This document shows positions 1 to 12,070 of a stretch of DNA of 64,000 bases, piece after piece. This DNA comes from Felis catus (lineage: Eukaryota): NCBI RefSeq assembly GCF_018350175.1, contig NC_058368.1, positions 129,210,001 through 129,274,000 of the forward strand. Direction: 5' to 3'. Each line of letters starts with the position of its first letter. The first letter of the stretch is position 1. A model generated the notes under the pieces. That model saw only the letters and a program-made list of their open reading frames with translations, had not been told where the DNA came from and did not search any database. Both the position numbers and the translations under genes were made by a program.

Positions 1-102
1 ATCTCAGTCACAGGGTTGTACCCAAGTGCAAAGGAGACTGGGAAATGTAGTCTTTCTGGGTCCGCAGGACAAAAATGAAATGGATTTGGTGAACAGCTAG
101 TG
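1..102. mobile_element. MaLR LTR fragment (MLT1J/K/L-like)
   Basis: cagtcaca..caagtgcaaaggagactgggaaatgtagtctt..ggatttggtgaacagctag resembles the end of old MLT1 LTRs. Confidence 0.6.
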
Positions 103-129
103 TAAAACAATCCCAAATTGGTTTTCTAA

Positions 130-620
130 GGTGATCTTTAGAATCTGATTTGGCAGGATATAAGAGTTTTGGTGATCTCAATTTTCTCCACCATGTACTG
201 TTAACTTTTTAAGTTTTTCCAGTATAAATATAAAGTGTTATCATGGTCTTAATTTCTATTTCCCTGATCTCTATTGAGGTTGAGCATCTTTTCTGATATG
301 TATGAGTTACATATTTCCTCTACTCGAAAGTACTTGTTTATGTATTTTGCCCAATTTTCTGTTGTGTAGTGTTGAAAACATTTTTTATATGTTCTGGATA
401 CCAAAACATAGTAGGTTTCCTGTATTCCAAATATCTTCTCTGGATTTTTACTTGACTTTTCAGTTTTTAAAGTTTAATTTAATGAAAAAAGTTCTCAATT
501 ACCATGTAATATAATTTACCAATACTTCTTTTTCGGTTAGTGTGTTTGGCATCCTGTTTAAGCAATGCTTTCCTACCTCTAATGTCAGAAAGAGATTCTT
601 CTGTATTTTAAAACTCCCAT
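130..620 (-). mobile_element. Old L1 (L1ME-like) fragment
   Basis: tcatggtcttaatttctatttccctgat..gaggttgagcatcttt..ttgcccaatttt..ttttttatatgttctggata: typical antisense L1M 3' region. Confidence 0.7.
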
Positions 621-659
621 CTTTATTTGGTAAATAAACTCCTTCCCCACTCCCTACAG

Positions 660-1545
660 CTTGTTATTTTAAACATTTCAAACCTACAGATGGGGATGTG
701 AGAAACACAAAGGACATTTTAGTTGCAAAGTTGCAAGAATAGTGCAACAAGTGCCCATTAATCCTTCACTGGACCCATCAACTGTTAGTATTTTGCCAGA
801 TTAGTTTTATCTCTCTATATACATATACACATTATTATGACTATTTGCTAAGCCATTTGAAAGTAAGTTGCAGACCTGACTCCTCAAATACTTCAGCGTA
901 TATCTCCTAAGAATAAGGACATTCTCTTATAATAAAACCACAATACAAGCATAAAATTTTCTACATTTTTTAATTAAATTTTTTAAACTGTTTATTTATT
1001 TTTGAGAGAGAGATAGAGAGAGACAGAGAGTTAGTGGGGGAGAGGCAGAGAGAGAGACACACACACACACACACACACAGAATCTGAATCAGGCTCCAGG
1101 TTCTGAGCTGTCAGAACAGAGCCCGACGTGGGGTTCCAACTCACGGACCTTGAGATCGTGACCTGAGCTGCAGTCAGACGCTTAACCAACTGAGCCACCC
1201 AGGCACACCCAAATTTTTGAAACTTAACATTGATCCAATACTATAGTCTATCACACAGTCCTGTTTAGTGTCCTTCGACTTTAGAACAGTCCCTGAGTCA
1301 TGACGTAGACATTTCTGAGAAGCAGAGCCTAGTTGTTTTGTAGAATTCCCTCAGTTTGGGTTTGTCTGGTATTTCTTTACAATTCAGTCCTGGTTATGCT
1401 GGTTTTGGCAAGAATATCACATAAGTGACATTCTGTCCTTCTGAGTGCATCATTTTAGGAAGCATGTCATATCTGTTTGTCCCATTTTTGGTGATGTTAA
1501 GTTTGATCATGTGGTTATGGTGGTGCCTACTTTCATGATTAACAA
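660..1545 (-). mobile_element. L1MC4/L1MC5-like 3' end, interrupted by a SINE
   Basis: aaacatttcaaacctacaga..aagttgcaagaatagt..gccatttgaaagtaagttgcagac..tatctcctaagaataaggacattctctta..gttttggcaagaatatcacataagtg. Confidence 0.75.
975..1210 (-). mobile_element. CAN-SINE (SINEC_Fc family)
   Basis: T-rich tail, (GA)n(CA)n tract, ..gacctgagctgcagtcagacgcttaaccaactgagccacccaggcac. Confidence 0.95.
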
Positions 1546-2685
1546 ATAGTTTTCAGAGAGAGAGAAAGCAGGTTTTAAACTAAAAACACTTACATAGTTG
1601 GATAGTGTTGACAAAACCTTTACGAAATCCAGCCCATTGCTGCTGCTGGGAAGAAGTTATAGGAAGTAAATTCTCCGTCTTTAAAACTAGGAAAGTGAAG
1701 GTACTTTTTCTTTTCAAAAATGGAGAAATAAAAACCTTTTGCCTTTTTAAAATTTGTAGGGGAGGAAATACAGAGAAGGCAATATATCAATACAGGTGAA
1801 AATGCAGTGTGTGAATTTCAGTGCTCCGGACTTGTGGCACTCGCCCAGAGTAACTGAACGACGGGGATATACCTTGCAAAGGTAGAGAACTATATATATA
1901 CATACATGTGATAGTGCAGAGAGTAGTGCATGTTCCCAGCCAGGTCGTTTCAGTAACAGCAGGAGACAGGAGACCATACGCCCAGCCAAATGGTGTCTTG
2001 CGGGCTGCAGAGCTTCCGCTGTCTCTCTGCTTCCATACTGATTAGAAGTGCTGGAGATACATCATAACAGTGTCAGTGCAGTGTTTACAGGGAAATTGTC
2101 ACTGTCTCTCCCTTGTGGAAGGTGACATAGTGGCATTTCCTTCCTTTGTCCTGGTGGCAGGATGAGGAGCACTGTCTGGGCGCCAGTTCTGCTCCCTTTG
2201 CCATCCATGTATCCCGTCTCAGCAGACAAGCCAGAGCGGAAGCAGAAGGTGTGGCCCACTGGAAGGGTGGGGGGTGAGTGGGATGGGCCCAAACCTCCTA
2301 TTCGAAAGAGCTCTTAGAAGTGACTGTCGAGCAAATGAAAGGGGGAGGGTATGGACATCAAAAATGGGGACAGGGAGCAGTCTCACTGTTCCTGTGAGGG
2401 ATCTGAGACTAAAGACCCAGAAGGCTTTGGGATTTGTGCTCAGGGCACCTTTATTATCGTCGCTGTCTAGGTACAGATTCAAAATATCTTTACAAAACTC
2501 TTGTCACTGACTCCCCCAAGCCCCCAATCCCAAGTCACTCACACGATTTATCTCTGTATTCATAACATGTCTGGTTCCAGAAAGGTTTTAGGAAGTCTGA
2601 CTGTGATATGTTATTAAGAGTTGAGCTGTGTATTTAAATTGAGACAAATTAAACAATATATGTTTATGTGGGGGTTGTGAGTGAG

Positions 2686-2704
2686 GGGAGAGAGAGAGAT
2701 GGGG

Positions 2705-2749
<45 letters not shown>
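2686..2749. repeat. (GA)n microsatellite
   Basis: Seen directly. Confidence 0.95.
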
Positions 2750-2751
<2 letters not shown>

Positions 2752-3159
2752 CTCATTTACCTCGTCACTTTTTCCAAGTAAACTAGACCTTGTCCACCAG
2801 TACTCCAGAGAAAAGGATGGAATAGAAAATAAACAAATAAAAGAACCCCATTGTAAGTGCAACTGGTTAAAGAATTTTTAAGGATGGTTTTGCAATTAGC
2901 ATCATCTGCCTTGATCACTGCAGAAGCCTTCTACCTGGTCTCCCTGCCGACACTTACCTGTGTAGTCAGAGACTGGTGCTGCCAGAGTGAGAGTCCAGGT
3001 CCACAGATCAGTACAGATAATTCTTCTAATGGACATTTCATGACATCTCATTGCCTACTTTCTAAAGGCCAAAGTCCATACAGTGGTTTGTAATAATTAT
3101 AGTGATGGTGAGGATGGTCGTGGTAACAGCAACCTGTTGCCAGCATTATTGCTCTTCTG

Positions 3160-3375
3160 TGTTTATTGAGTGTGGAGCACGTACCCGTTTCTCTTTTCAG
3201 TGCATGTGTTCTGTAATTAATCCCTCACAACAACCCCGGTGAGGTGGTGAGGTAGTTACTATTAGGTATTCCCATTTACATACCGGCAACCTGAGGCTCA
3301 GAGGTTGAGTAACTTGTCCGAGGTGACTGGCTAGTAGCACAGGCACTGCCCTGATCAACCTGAGTTGAGAACCTC
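3160..3375 (-). mobile_element. MIR SINE
   Basis: cctcacaacaacc..cccatttaca..ctgaggctcagaggttgagtaacttgtccgaggt (MIR core, antisense). Confidence 0.8.
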
Positions 3376-3469
3376 CACCAATCCCGTTAGGGCATGCCTT
3401 GCCACCTGGAGGCTGAGCATCTCCTGGCATCTGCATAAAGCAAGGCCACTGATAGCTAGTATTTTCTGG

Positions 3470-3625
3470 GTATGGAATATGTGCAAGGCACTGCTTTAAG
3501 TGCGTGAGGTAGATGCTATTGTTAGCATCTGTCCATTTCACAGATGGGGACATTGAGGCCCACAGCTTGTCCCACAGCTTGTAGGTAGCAGACCAGTCTG
3601 GATCCAGAGACTGCACTCCCACTCA
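3470..3625 (-). mobile_element. MIR SINE
   Basis: ccatttcacagatggggacattgaggcccacagcttgtcc. Confidence 0.7.
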
Positions 3626-4089
3626 CCCACCGTGCAGTTTCTAGCACCTGGCTTCAGGTTTCCAGCGCCAGGTGTCTGCACATGTGGGTGTCTTACTAGG
3701 GATATCTGTGTTAGCAAAAATAAAGTTTTGCTTGACAGTCCACAGGCTGGCAGGGCCCCCTCGCAGTCATTCGGCTGTGTCCCCAGAGTCGAGCCAACTT
3801 TACCCCTGATCCCTTGCGTACAGATAACAGGTCATGGCCGTGAAGCGTTCCCGCAGGATGGGGATTCTGCACCCCCTTTGGTCTCCGACCCCAGTGTTTC
3901 ATCTCCTCAGGATGCCACCAGCCAGACGTCCTCGAGTCTCTCAGCTGGAAAAATGACTATGAATAAAATAAAACTCTCCATGATGGAAGCTTCCGATGGC
4001 GCCTGCAGTGGGGTATTGCCCAGCATCTGTCTCTTGCCACGTCGAGATCACCTTTTTATCGCCCAAAGATGTTGCTTCTGCTTTGTGGC

Positions 4090-4400
4090 TGGCCACTAAG
4101 CACTGGCCGCTCAGGTGCCAGCAGTCCAGAGCTGCCTCATTATTCAGTGCAGTCAATGCTACACCCCAGACTGCAATACATTATCATTCAAATGAGCCGG
4201 CCACAGTGGAGGAAAAAATATGCACTCTGATTTCTCTCCAACGTCCCTTACCCAGCACTCCCTAATTACAGCCGGCAGTTGATTGGGACAGTTGAACATG
4301 GAGGCTGACGGGGCGGCCCTGGTGTTCCCATCTAAGCAAAACACAAACAGTGCATAAACTCGCCAACACTGTTTAGGTAAGCAGGATTTTATTCACAGCT
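4090..4400. promoter_or_regulatory. Candidate conserved enhancer, copy 1 of a locally duplicated pair
   Basis: Shares ordered motif blocks and a 56/68-nt core with 16969-17305; not a repeat I recognise. Confidence 0.6.
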
Positions 4401-4654
4401 CAGTGGTGTAACAATGCCCTGAATGTATCAGTCAGTGGTCTATTATAGCATCTCTCTTCTTGGTTCCATATTTTTGGTTGTCTCTCCTTTTTTTAAAAAA
4501 AACTGCTTTATTAGTGACCTTGACTTATCCCCACTCTTCGTTTTCCTTATCTTTCATCAGAGTGATTTCATGATGGCTTTTTCCTATCTAGTGCTCAGTA
4601 TTTTTCCAAGGATGAATTAACTCCCACGCTGTATTCTCTGTGTGTTTACTCATG

Positions 4655-4855
4655 CATGCATCCATTCATTCAGATAACAAATATTTACTGAGCACCTACT
4701 AAGTGCTAGGACATTGTGCTGGGCTTTGGGGATATAAAACAGTCATTCTTCTTGCCCTTACCATAGCTTAAAGGCTAGTAGCGGTTAGATATTCAGCAAA
4801 TAAATGCTCACTAAATATGCTTTTGTAAACTGTGGTAAGTGCACTGAAGAAGAAG
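4655..4855 (-). mobile_element. L2 3' end
   Basis: cattcattcagataacaaatatttactgagcacctactaagtgctaggacattgtgctggg. Confidence 0.8.
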
Positions 4856-5279
4856 AGGCTTTTCATATTCTTGCATATGGAATCTAAATGTTTAGAAGAC
4901 TAATTCTCAACACTAATTCTTCTCCAAGTAGCCTTTTTCTTAAGAGGATAGCTGTCGTACCTTGAAAAAAAAAATGCATTAACTTTCAAAGGGCTCCATG
5001 CTTTTCTAAAGAAGAATTTTATTATTGGTGAAGTTCTTTGACTGCATGACAACCTCAAGTATTTCCTCTAGCCCATTTTTGGGGCTTTCAGTTATGCTGT
5101 GTGATGTTTTGCATCTCTCTGGCACTCGTTGGTACTTGGAGTGGTTGCATGTATAATAGGAGGAGGAGAGCTTTCCTTTGCTTATGAGGCATTTGTCTTT
5201 CTCTCCTCAGCACCTGTCACACAGGCCTTACCATTGATTAGCTCAGATAATTTTTAATACATTGTTGTGAGTGCTGTTA

Positions 5280-5945
5280 TTAATTCACCAAACACCTATT
5301 AAGCATCTGCTTCATGGTAATGCTTGGCCCCGGAGATCTCGGGGTGAAATAGATCGAGTCTCTCCTTTCCCAGAGCATAAGGGGCACCAAAGCTATGGAG
5401 AAAGAATCATGCACTTACAGTGTGGCCAAGAAACATGCAATGGGATAGCACAGGTGGGAAGGGCAGGGGGATAGTAAGGGAGCCCTTGGACTTGGGAGAG
5501 TTTGAGGGTCACGGACAAGTTGTGAAGGAGGCGGCACTTTAGTGGAACAGAGAGTGTGCGGCTGTGACTAGAAGTGGGGGCGCTTCTAGTGGAGGAAGCA
5601 GCACATCGGAGGTAAGAGAGAAAATGTGATGCGCTGCAAGAGTGGAAATTTTATGGTTGCAGATGGAGGAGATGGAGCAGAGAAGGCTGGACATGGAAGT
5701 AGGGTCAGGAGTGACTTTGTAGGTCCTGCCGAAGAATCGGGAATGGTGAGCATTGGTGGGATTTGGTGGTGGGAGCAGTGCCGTGGTCGGATCTGCATGT
5801 AGGGATGCGTCCTGAACCCTGAGTTGCAGGGATGCATGGGGAGATATTGCAGCGGGGATGGAAGTGCATAGATTTTGGAGACATTAGTGAGATGGAATCC
5901 ACCAGACTAAGGTTCTTCTGTTGGTTGTGAACGTTGAGGGAGAAA
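5280..5945 (-). mobile_element. L2 fragment
   Basis: attcaccaaacacctattaagcatct.. through gattttggagacattagtgagatggaatccaccagact; purine-rich antisense L2 pattern. Confidence 0.65.
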
Positions 5946-7217
5946 GAAGAGGCCACTAAGAGGCAGGAAGGGCATAGAAATAAGGACATTGGCCTTGGGT
6001 CACTCTTGCCGTTTCCACTTCTTATAGCAGTACATACAGAGCTGTTGTTTTGCTGTTTCCTTTTAGAATCTCACGAGCTCTGTGCCTGCACCACGCTGCC
6101 TGCAGCGAGACCTCCATGCCCATGGCAAACAGTCCTTTTCCTCTTTCTTAAATTAGGAAGTGTGTGACGGGCACTTGCATCACTTCCTGTTGGCCACCAA
6201 GCAGCATGATGTACCAACACTGTTGCTCGTGATTTATGATAAAAACACTTGTTTGCTGAAAAAGGAGTTTTATTCTCAGAGGGCCCTTTGGAATAGCATT
6301 ATTAATTTGGAAGCATTAACTACCCTGTCGTGGACATCCCCAGCATGACTTTGTGTTACGGGAGAGGAAAGAGACAATGCCAACCATGAGTGAGAAGACG
6401 TGGGCTCTAGCCCTACCTCAGTCACTGATTATTTGGCACCACGAGTGCCTCTCGCATCTTTGTAGACCTGGTTTCCTCACCTGTAAAACTAAGACGTATT
6501 TCCTAAGTTTTTTTTCCTCTGGGTACCCTATGCCTCTCTGAAGGGTAATTCAGTCGAACCTGAGATTTCAATGTCCCTGCCATTGGAAAAGAATCATTAG
6601 TCACAAATAACGTAAGAACTCATGTGGCATTTAACCCAAAAGTCAGAAATAGTTATTTCCATCTGAAACATGTTCAGCTCCACCTTTTTGTCATCTCTGG
6701 TATGCCAAGCAGAGGGTCTGAGAGATGATGCCTTTAAATGTGCATTTCCATCTGCTCTGGAATGAAGAGTTTCACAGAGGACAAGTGCCCCAAAGCCCCA
6801 GCTGTTCATGGGATATACAGTTCTGAGAGGGGGCTCCATGGAGCACTGTTTCCCACTTGGAGTCATTCTCTGTGCTTGGTATCTGTGGAGCCTGGCTGAT
6901 GAGGGAGCTAAGGGGAGAACCCTAAAGGGAAGGGGAAGTGCCCAACTGGCCTGGACATTTGCATTCCAGAAGCCCTGGAATGGGCTTTTATAATGGGCTT
7001 CCTGGCTCTGAGCCCTCTCAGCTCTTTGACTGGCAGCTGAAGGCAGAATTCCACATCTATAGACTCAGCTGACTCCTGGCTGAACTGATGTTGATCCTAG
7101 GTTTACTGGGCGAAAGTGGAGAGAGACTGGATAGAGCCCTCATCAGATCAACGTTGAGTGTGGTGGTGGGTCCACTCCAGTCTTAGTGTCCCAGCTTCCC
7201 TGGCTCGGGTCCTTATA

Positions 7218-7630
7218 TCAATTAAGGTGCTCTAAGGGGCAATTAACAGAAAACCCCACTGAGATTGGCTCAAATAAATGACATGTATTATGTTACATAA
7301 CTTGAAGAGTCAGGTTGGGTAAATGCCAGGCTTGGCTGTTTTTTAATTAATGATGTCATCAAGGACCCATAATCTTTGTGCTTCTCCCCTCCACCATCTT
7401 TGTTATTAACTTCATCATCTGGCTGGTAGCAAGATGGTTGCAGCTGTTCCGGCCATTACATTTGGATGTGATGATATCTAAAGGAAGAAGAGGGACTGTC
7501 CCTTTCTGGGCTCTCTTAAGAGGGGGAAAAGCTAAAATTCCCCTATGTCCCATGGGCTTCAGTCGCAGGTCCACTGGGATTATTTGATTGACGTAGATTA
7601 ATCGTCTAAATCGTCTGGACTAGATTTGGA
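7218..7630 (-). mobile_element. MLT1J/K-like MaLR LTR
   Basis: caattaaggtgctct..aacagaaaaccccactgagattggctcaaataaa..gatggttgcagctgttcc. Confidence 0.65.
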
Positions 7631-8406
7631 GGAGGCAGCCCAAGATCCACCATGTTTTCTAGTGTTATCTATTTTATTGCTTGGTAATCTATCTGCTTTC
7701 TTGCTTGTTCAATCTTCATATCTTTAGCGATTTCATCTATTACTCCCCTTTTCACCCTCTAGCTCTATTGCAAGACCCCTCTGAATTTATTTCAGGTGGG
7801 CACCCCAAACCTAGACTCTTTTGAGGCCAGAGGTGACAGGACTCACATCTGGTCTGGCATCTCTCTTGGCTTGATACATCTCCCTGCTGAACTCTGGTCC
7901 CCATGTTCCCATTCTGTGGGAGTAGACATTCGACAGTCCCATAGTCCTGGGTGAACATGGAACAGTGAGGCGGGTCAGAAGAGAGGGAGAACCACGCTCA
8001 GACTGAACCTCCCGGTTGGGTGAAGTCTCACAGGTCATGACCCCCTTCTGCCTTCCTTTATTTTCTGATCACATTGATCACTTGTAACTAGAACTGAAAG
8101 GTAATGTCATTTTAATCCCACCACCATGTATCCCTGCTCCCATTAACTCCTTGCTCCAGCAGTGACCTGGAAGGGTTTAGAAGAAAGCTAATGAAGTTCA
8201 CGAGGCTTTGCTATTTTGGGAATCTCACCATGGCTTGCAATCACAGGGCACATGGAAAGTTAGCCTTTCTGCCAAGGGAAGAAGCCAGGAATCAGAGAGC
8301 TAAGACCTCTCTATGTGTTCTAGAAAACCACAACTCTCCATCTGGAAGATCAGGGCCAAGGGTTTGAGAGAAATGAATCCTGCTAACTTTCGCTCCTTCA
8401 CCCTTA

Positions 8407-8506
8407 CCTTTCCTTCCTTCCTTCCTTCCTTCCTTCCTTCCTTCCTTCCTTCCTTCCTTCCTCCCTCTCTCCCTCCCTCCCTCCCTCCCTCCCTCCCTCC
8501 CTCCCT
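8407..8506. repeat. (CCTT)n/(CCCT)n polypyrimidine microsatellite
   Basis: Seen directly. Confidence 0.95.
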
Positions 8507-8769
8507 TATATTCTGGGGTTCTTCTGGTGGTGGGTGCTCTACAGTAAGAGCAGTGCACTCCAGAGCCCCTGGAGTCTGCAGCATCTGGCACTATGGAATG
8601 CGGGTGATGTTTGCCAAACCACTAACCCAGGGATTCCTCAGAAGAGCCAGAAGGGGGAGAAGGGGGAAGAGGCTGAGACAGAACGTACAGTTAATTCCCC
8701 CAGCAGGCCAGCACTCAATGACACCTAGCTTCAGTAAGTCCCATTTTATTTTACAAAACATGCAGAAAA

Positions 8770-9000
8770 GAAATCATTTGGTTCACAGAACTTTCTATGT
8801 GAGATAGGCGGCAAAGGTATTGCCATCCCTGTTTTATAGCTGAGGAAACAGAGGTTCAAAAGAACCAAGCCATTACCTTGCAGTGCAGAGAGTTAATGAT
8901 GTATTCTTTCCACTGCCCTCCACACACCCGCCTGACTAAGCTGACTGCTCAAGGTCACACTGGTCATTAGTGATGGATTTGAACTCATGAGCACCCAGCA
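8770..9000 (-). mobile_element. MIR SINE (split)
   Basis: ccctgttttatagctgaggaaacagagg..ctcaaggtcacactggtcattagtgatggatttgaactc. Confidence 0.7.
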
Positions 9001-10188
9001 ATCCCCGCCAGCTCTGCTGAGTAGCGCTGAAGAGCGGCACACAACTGAGGTGTGCCCATGCTCTGTGACTCAATCGTGTCCTGAGCCTCTAATCACAGTG
9101 CCTTCTCTCCTGGCCATGCCCGCTGACATCAGGGCACATGGAGCTGAGCTGTGCCCACAAGCAGAATTGTGGACAGCACACAGGTGGGACCCTTAACGCC
9201 TATGCTGGGAGTCTGTCAGTAAGCAGCCCTGTGGGTGGAGGAAACTGCATTCCTCTGGGCCTGCGTGCCTGTGCATGTGCATATACTGCAAATGGACACG
9301 AGCTGTGGGTAGGCGCCCAACTTGCCCTGTGCACACGCCTGGCTGTGTATGTCATGCCTTGCTGTGTTGGTCTCCCAGATTCCCAGGCAACACTTGGTAC
9401 GTTCTGCAAAGCTTTGGGGGCCAGCTTGTGATGCTCTTTTAAGAAATAGCATTGCCTTCCAGATGCTTCTTCCACTTGTTTTTTTCCTCCACTTGACAGA
9501 GCTGCCTAAACTTCTCATTCAGGGGCCCTGAAGAGGAGTGTATCATTTCATGCTCCCTTGTTTAGCTTCTCCAGATCCAAAGCCAAAGCTGGCACAGCTA
9601 CTGATTAGCAGAAATCAAAAGCAAAGGCTGGGCTTTTGATGGGAAAACTGCTACATTAGAGAGGGCTGGTTGTTTTACAATTGCAGGGTAAGGTCCATAA
9701 TATTACCCACCGCTGAATGGCCATTAGATTGCAAATTACCGGTCACTTTGCTGGACGGCTCAGCCATCCTGTAATCAGGATCATAATATCCCCCATAATG
9801 GTCAAGCCCAGGCACCTACCAGGAGTCTGGCTGCTGAGGCGCCAAATTGCTGGGCTGCATACAGTAATGATTATCACAGCAGGAAGGAAGGAGGGCTGCC
9901 CCAAAGTCCCCGGTTGTGTGGCATTCTGTCCCAGTTGCCTATTCAGAAGCATAAGGGACCATCGGAATTACTCCAGTGTACTATGTCCCCAGGGTTCTAC
10001 CCATTGAGGGTCTAACTTTGTGTGGCTATCACTCTCCATGGCATTTCCAGTACATCGTCTCTTAGATCCGATGTTAGAGTGTGACAAGTGGAAAAGGGAG
10101 GCAGTGGGCTGTCCCCCAGCTTTTGCTACAGTGAACTGTGTGTATGTGAGTGTGCCTAGAGATTTGGCTAAAACACACAGAAAGTTTC

Positions 10189-10499
10189 GGATGTGAGGGC
10201 GATCTGGCTGCGACATCTGTCACCCCATTGAGGGCCAGGTTTGATTTGGCTGATCCGGCTGGCTAGGCAGGTATCCCCTTTCTCCCTCACTGTTCTGTGC
10301 ACGTCCCTCCTGAAGCTGCCCATGCTTGGAGAGGACGACCTTCCCGATAGAGGAAGACCACTCTTTGGTCAAGGGCATACAAGTAGTTGCACTCTACTGC
10401 TACAACTGCCAAACAAGCTCTCAGGGTCCATTTGCACGAGAATGTAGGGTAGTCAGTGTTCCAATACTCTGTGCTGCATGTGACAGTCTGCCTTTCTTT
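10189..10499 (+). pseudogene. RN7SK: 7SK snRNA processed pseudogene, near full length
   Basis: Starts GGATGTGAGGGCGATCTGGCTGCGACATCTGTCACCCCATTGA and ends gctgcatgtgacagtctgcctttcttt. Followed by an A-rich tail (10502-10515). 19-bp TSD aaaacacacagaaagtttc (10170-10188) / aaaacacacggaaaatttc (10512-10530). About 17-nt internal deletion near the 3' end. Confidence 0.97.
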
Positions 10500-10744
10500 G
10501 TAAAAGAAAAAAAAACACACGGAAAATTTCAAATGCATGGCTACTCTTGTGTATTTTCAAGTTGGGTGGTGGCTTCCTATCTTACGTTCATACTTTATGT
10601 ATTCTTTTGTGGTACAAATATGCCAAAGAAAAAGAGAAGGCAAAGCTGATGGCGTGGTAAGCCCTTAGGCCAAGGATCCTGTAGGGAGGAGATGGCGTCT
10701 CAGATGGAGGGGCTGCAGGGAGTCAGGAGCCATTGAGCAAGGCC

Positions 10745-11090
10745 TGAGCAGCGTTAAGGGAAAGCACTGGTGGCTAGTAATAGGAAGAGGCCACACTCAC
10801 TCCTACACCTGTAGGGATCAGGGGAGAGAACTGAGACTGAGGAAAGCTTTCTGACAGAAGCTATGTATGGCTCTAGGAAAATGGGCCCAGGATAGGGGTG
10901 GGGATGAGACCAGGGAACTAAACGCCCTGACTTCATCTGAACTTTGCCCTCCATTCTCATGGTGTTGCCTCCTATTGACCAATCCAAACAGAAGTCAGAG
11001 GGCAGGAGAAGCCAGTAGGTACTTCTTATAAAGGGCAGAGACAGGTAGGGAAAGGGGGAGGGATATCTAGAGGCGTAAAGGGCCTCACTT
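10745..11090. mobile_element. LTR33-like ERVL LTR fragment
   Basis: gcctcctattgaccaatccaaacagaagtcagagggcaggagaagcc motif; gctagtaataggaagaggcc. Confidence 0.55.
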
Positions 11091-11814
11091 GACGCATGTT
11101 TGTTCATGGCTGTCTAGGCACTGACTGGCTGATAGTGTCTCTTAGGCGCTGGATGGGTTGGAATTCCAAGGTCATGGTCCATTCCTACCCTGTGCTGCCT
11201 GGGAGTTAAATGGGGGACTCCAGACTTGGGGTTCACGCTGTTTTCCTGGTCCATGGGGCCAGCGATTCCTCAGTTTCCACCCAGTGACAGTTTCTGCCCA
11301 GCAGTTTGGCTCCTATGGCTGTGGCTTCTGGGCCTGTGGAAATGGTCTGAGCTGACTCACTGGCATTGCCCAGCTAATCACCGGTGGCAGTGAGGGCCCT
11401 GAGCACAGACCTGGGATTCAGAGGGGCTGGGGGCTGGGGGTGCTCTAAATAGGAGCTGGGAGGCTTCTGGCTGGCTAAAGGAGCCTGCTGCAGGTTGAAG
11501 GTGAGCAGAAGTTTTGGCCATGGCTTGCACGGAGGCCCTGGGCCGGGTGCTTCTCAGTGCTTCACTTTTCTCTCCTATCTGACAGAAATAGCATCCTGCC
11601 AAATTTTGTAAGGCACTCCAGACCCCTCGCCAAGCCTCCTTCCCAGCACAGGAGAATGCTAGTTGAGAAGGGAATAAGGTTGGCATTATTTTCAATTCCC
11701 CCAGAAAAATACCATTCTCTGCCCTGTGAGAATCCGTTTGCCAAATTGCTTTTAGCAAGGCTGAACTGGTGACAGGAAAAGACTCAGATGGCATTCTGTG
11801 AAAGTAAAAAGCGT

Positions 11815-12070
11815 AATGAAAATAGCAAATGCCGATAGTGTGCCTCCCCTGTGCTAGGTGTGCTCTAAATGCTTTCTATAAGCTCTTTCATTTAATCCTC
11901 ATGGCAACGCCATGAAGCAGGTACTAAAGCTATTTCCAGTTTTCAGATGAGGAAACTGAGGCACAGGGGCATGAAAGAACTTGCCCAGTGTCACACAGGT
12001 GGTGAGTAGTAGGGCTGGCATTCAAACCTGGGCATTGTGGCTCCGGAGTTGTGACGCCTGCTTCTCTTTC
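11815..12070 (-). mobile_element. MIR SINE, near full length
   Basis: tcatttaatcctcatggcaac..ttttcagatgaggaaactgaggcacagg..cttgcccagtgtcacacag..attcaaacctgggc. Confidence 0.9.

Noticed and set aside
8292..8807. ORFs with PSFL/EGRK repeats
   Set aside because: Produced by the (CCTT)n microsatellite.
10100..10499. Functional 7SK gene
   Set aside because: TSD plus A tail, heavy divergence, an internal deletion and no evident upstream PSE/TATA mark it as a retrocopy.
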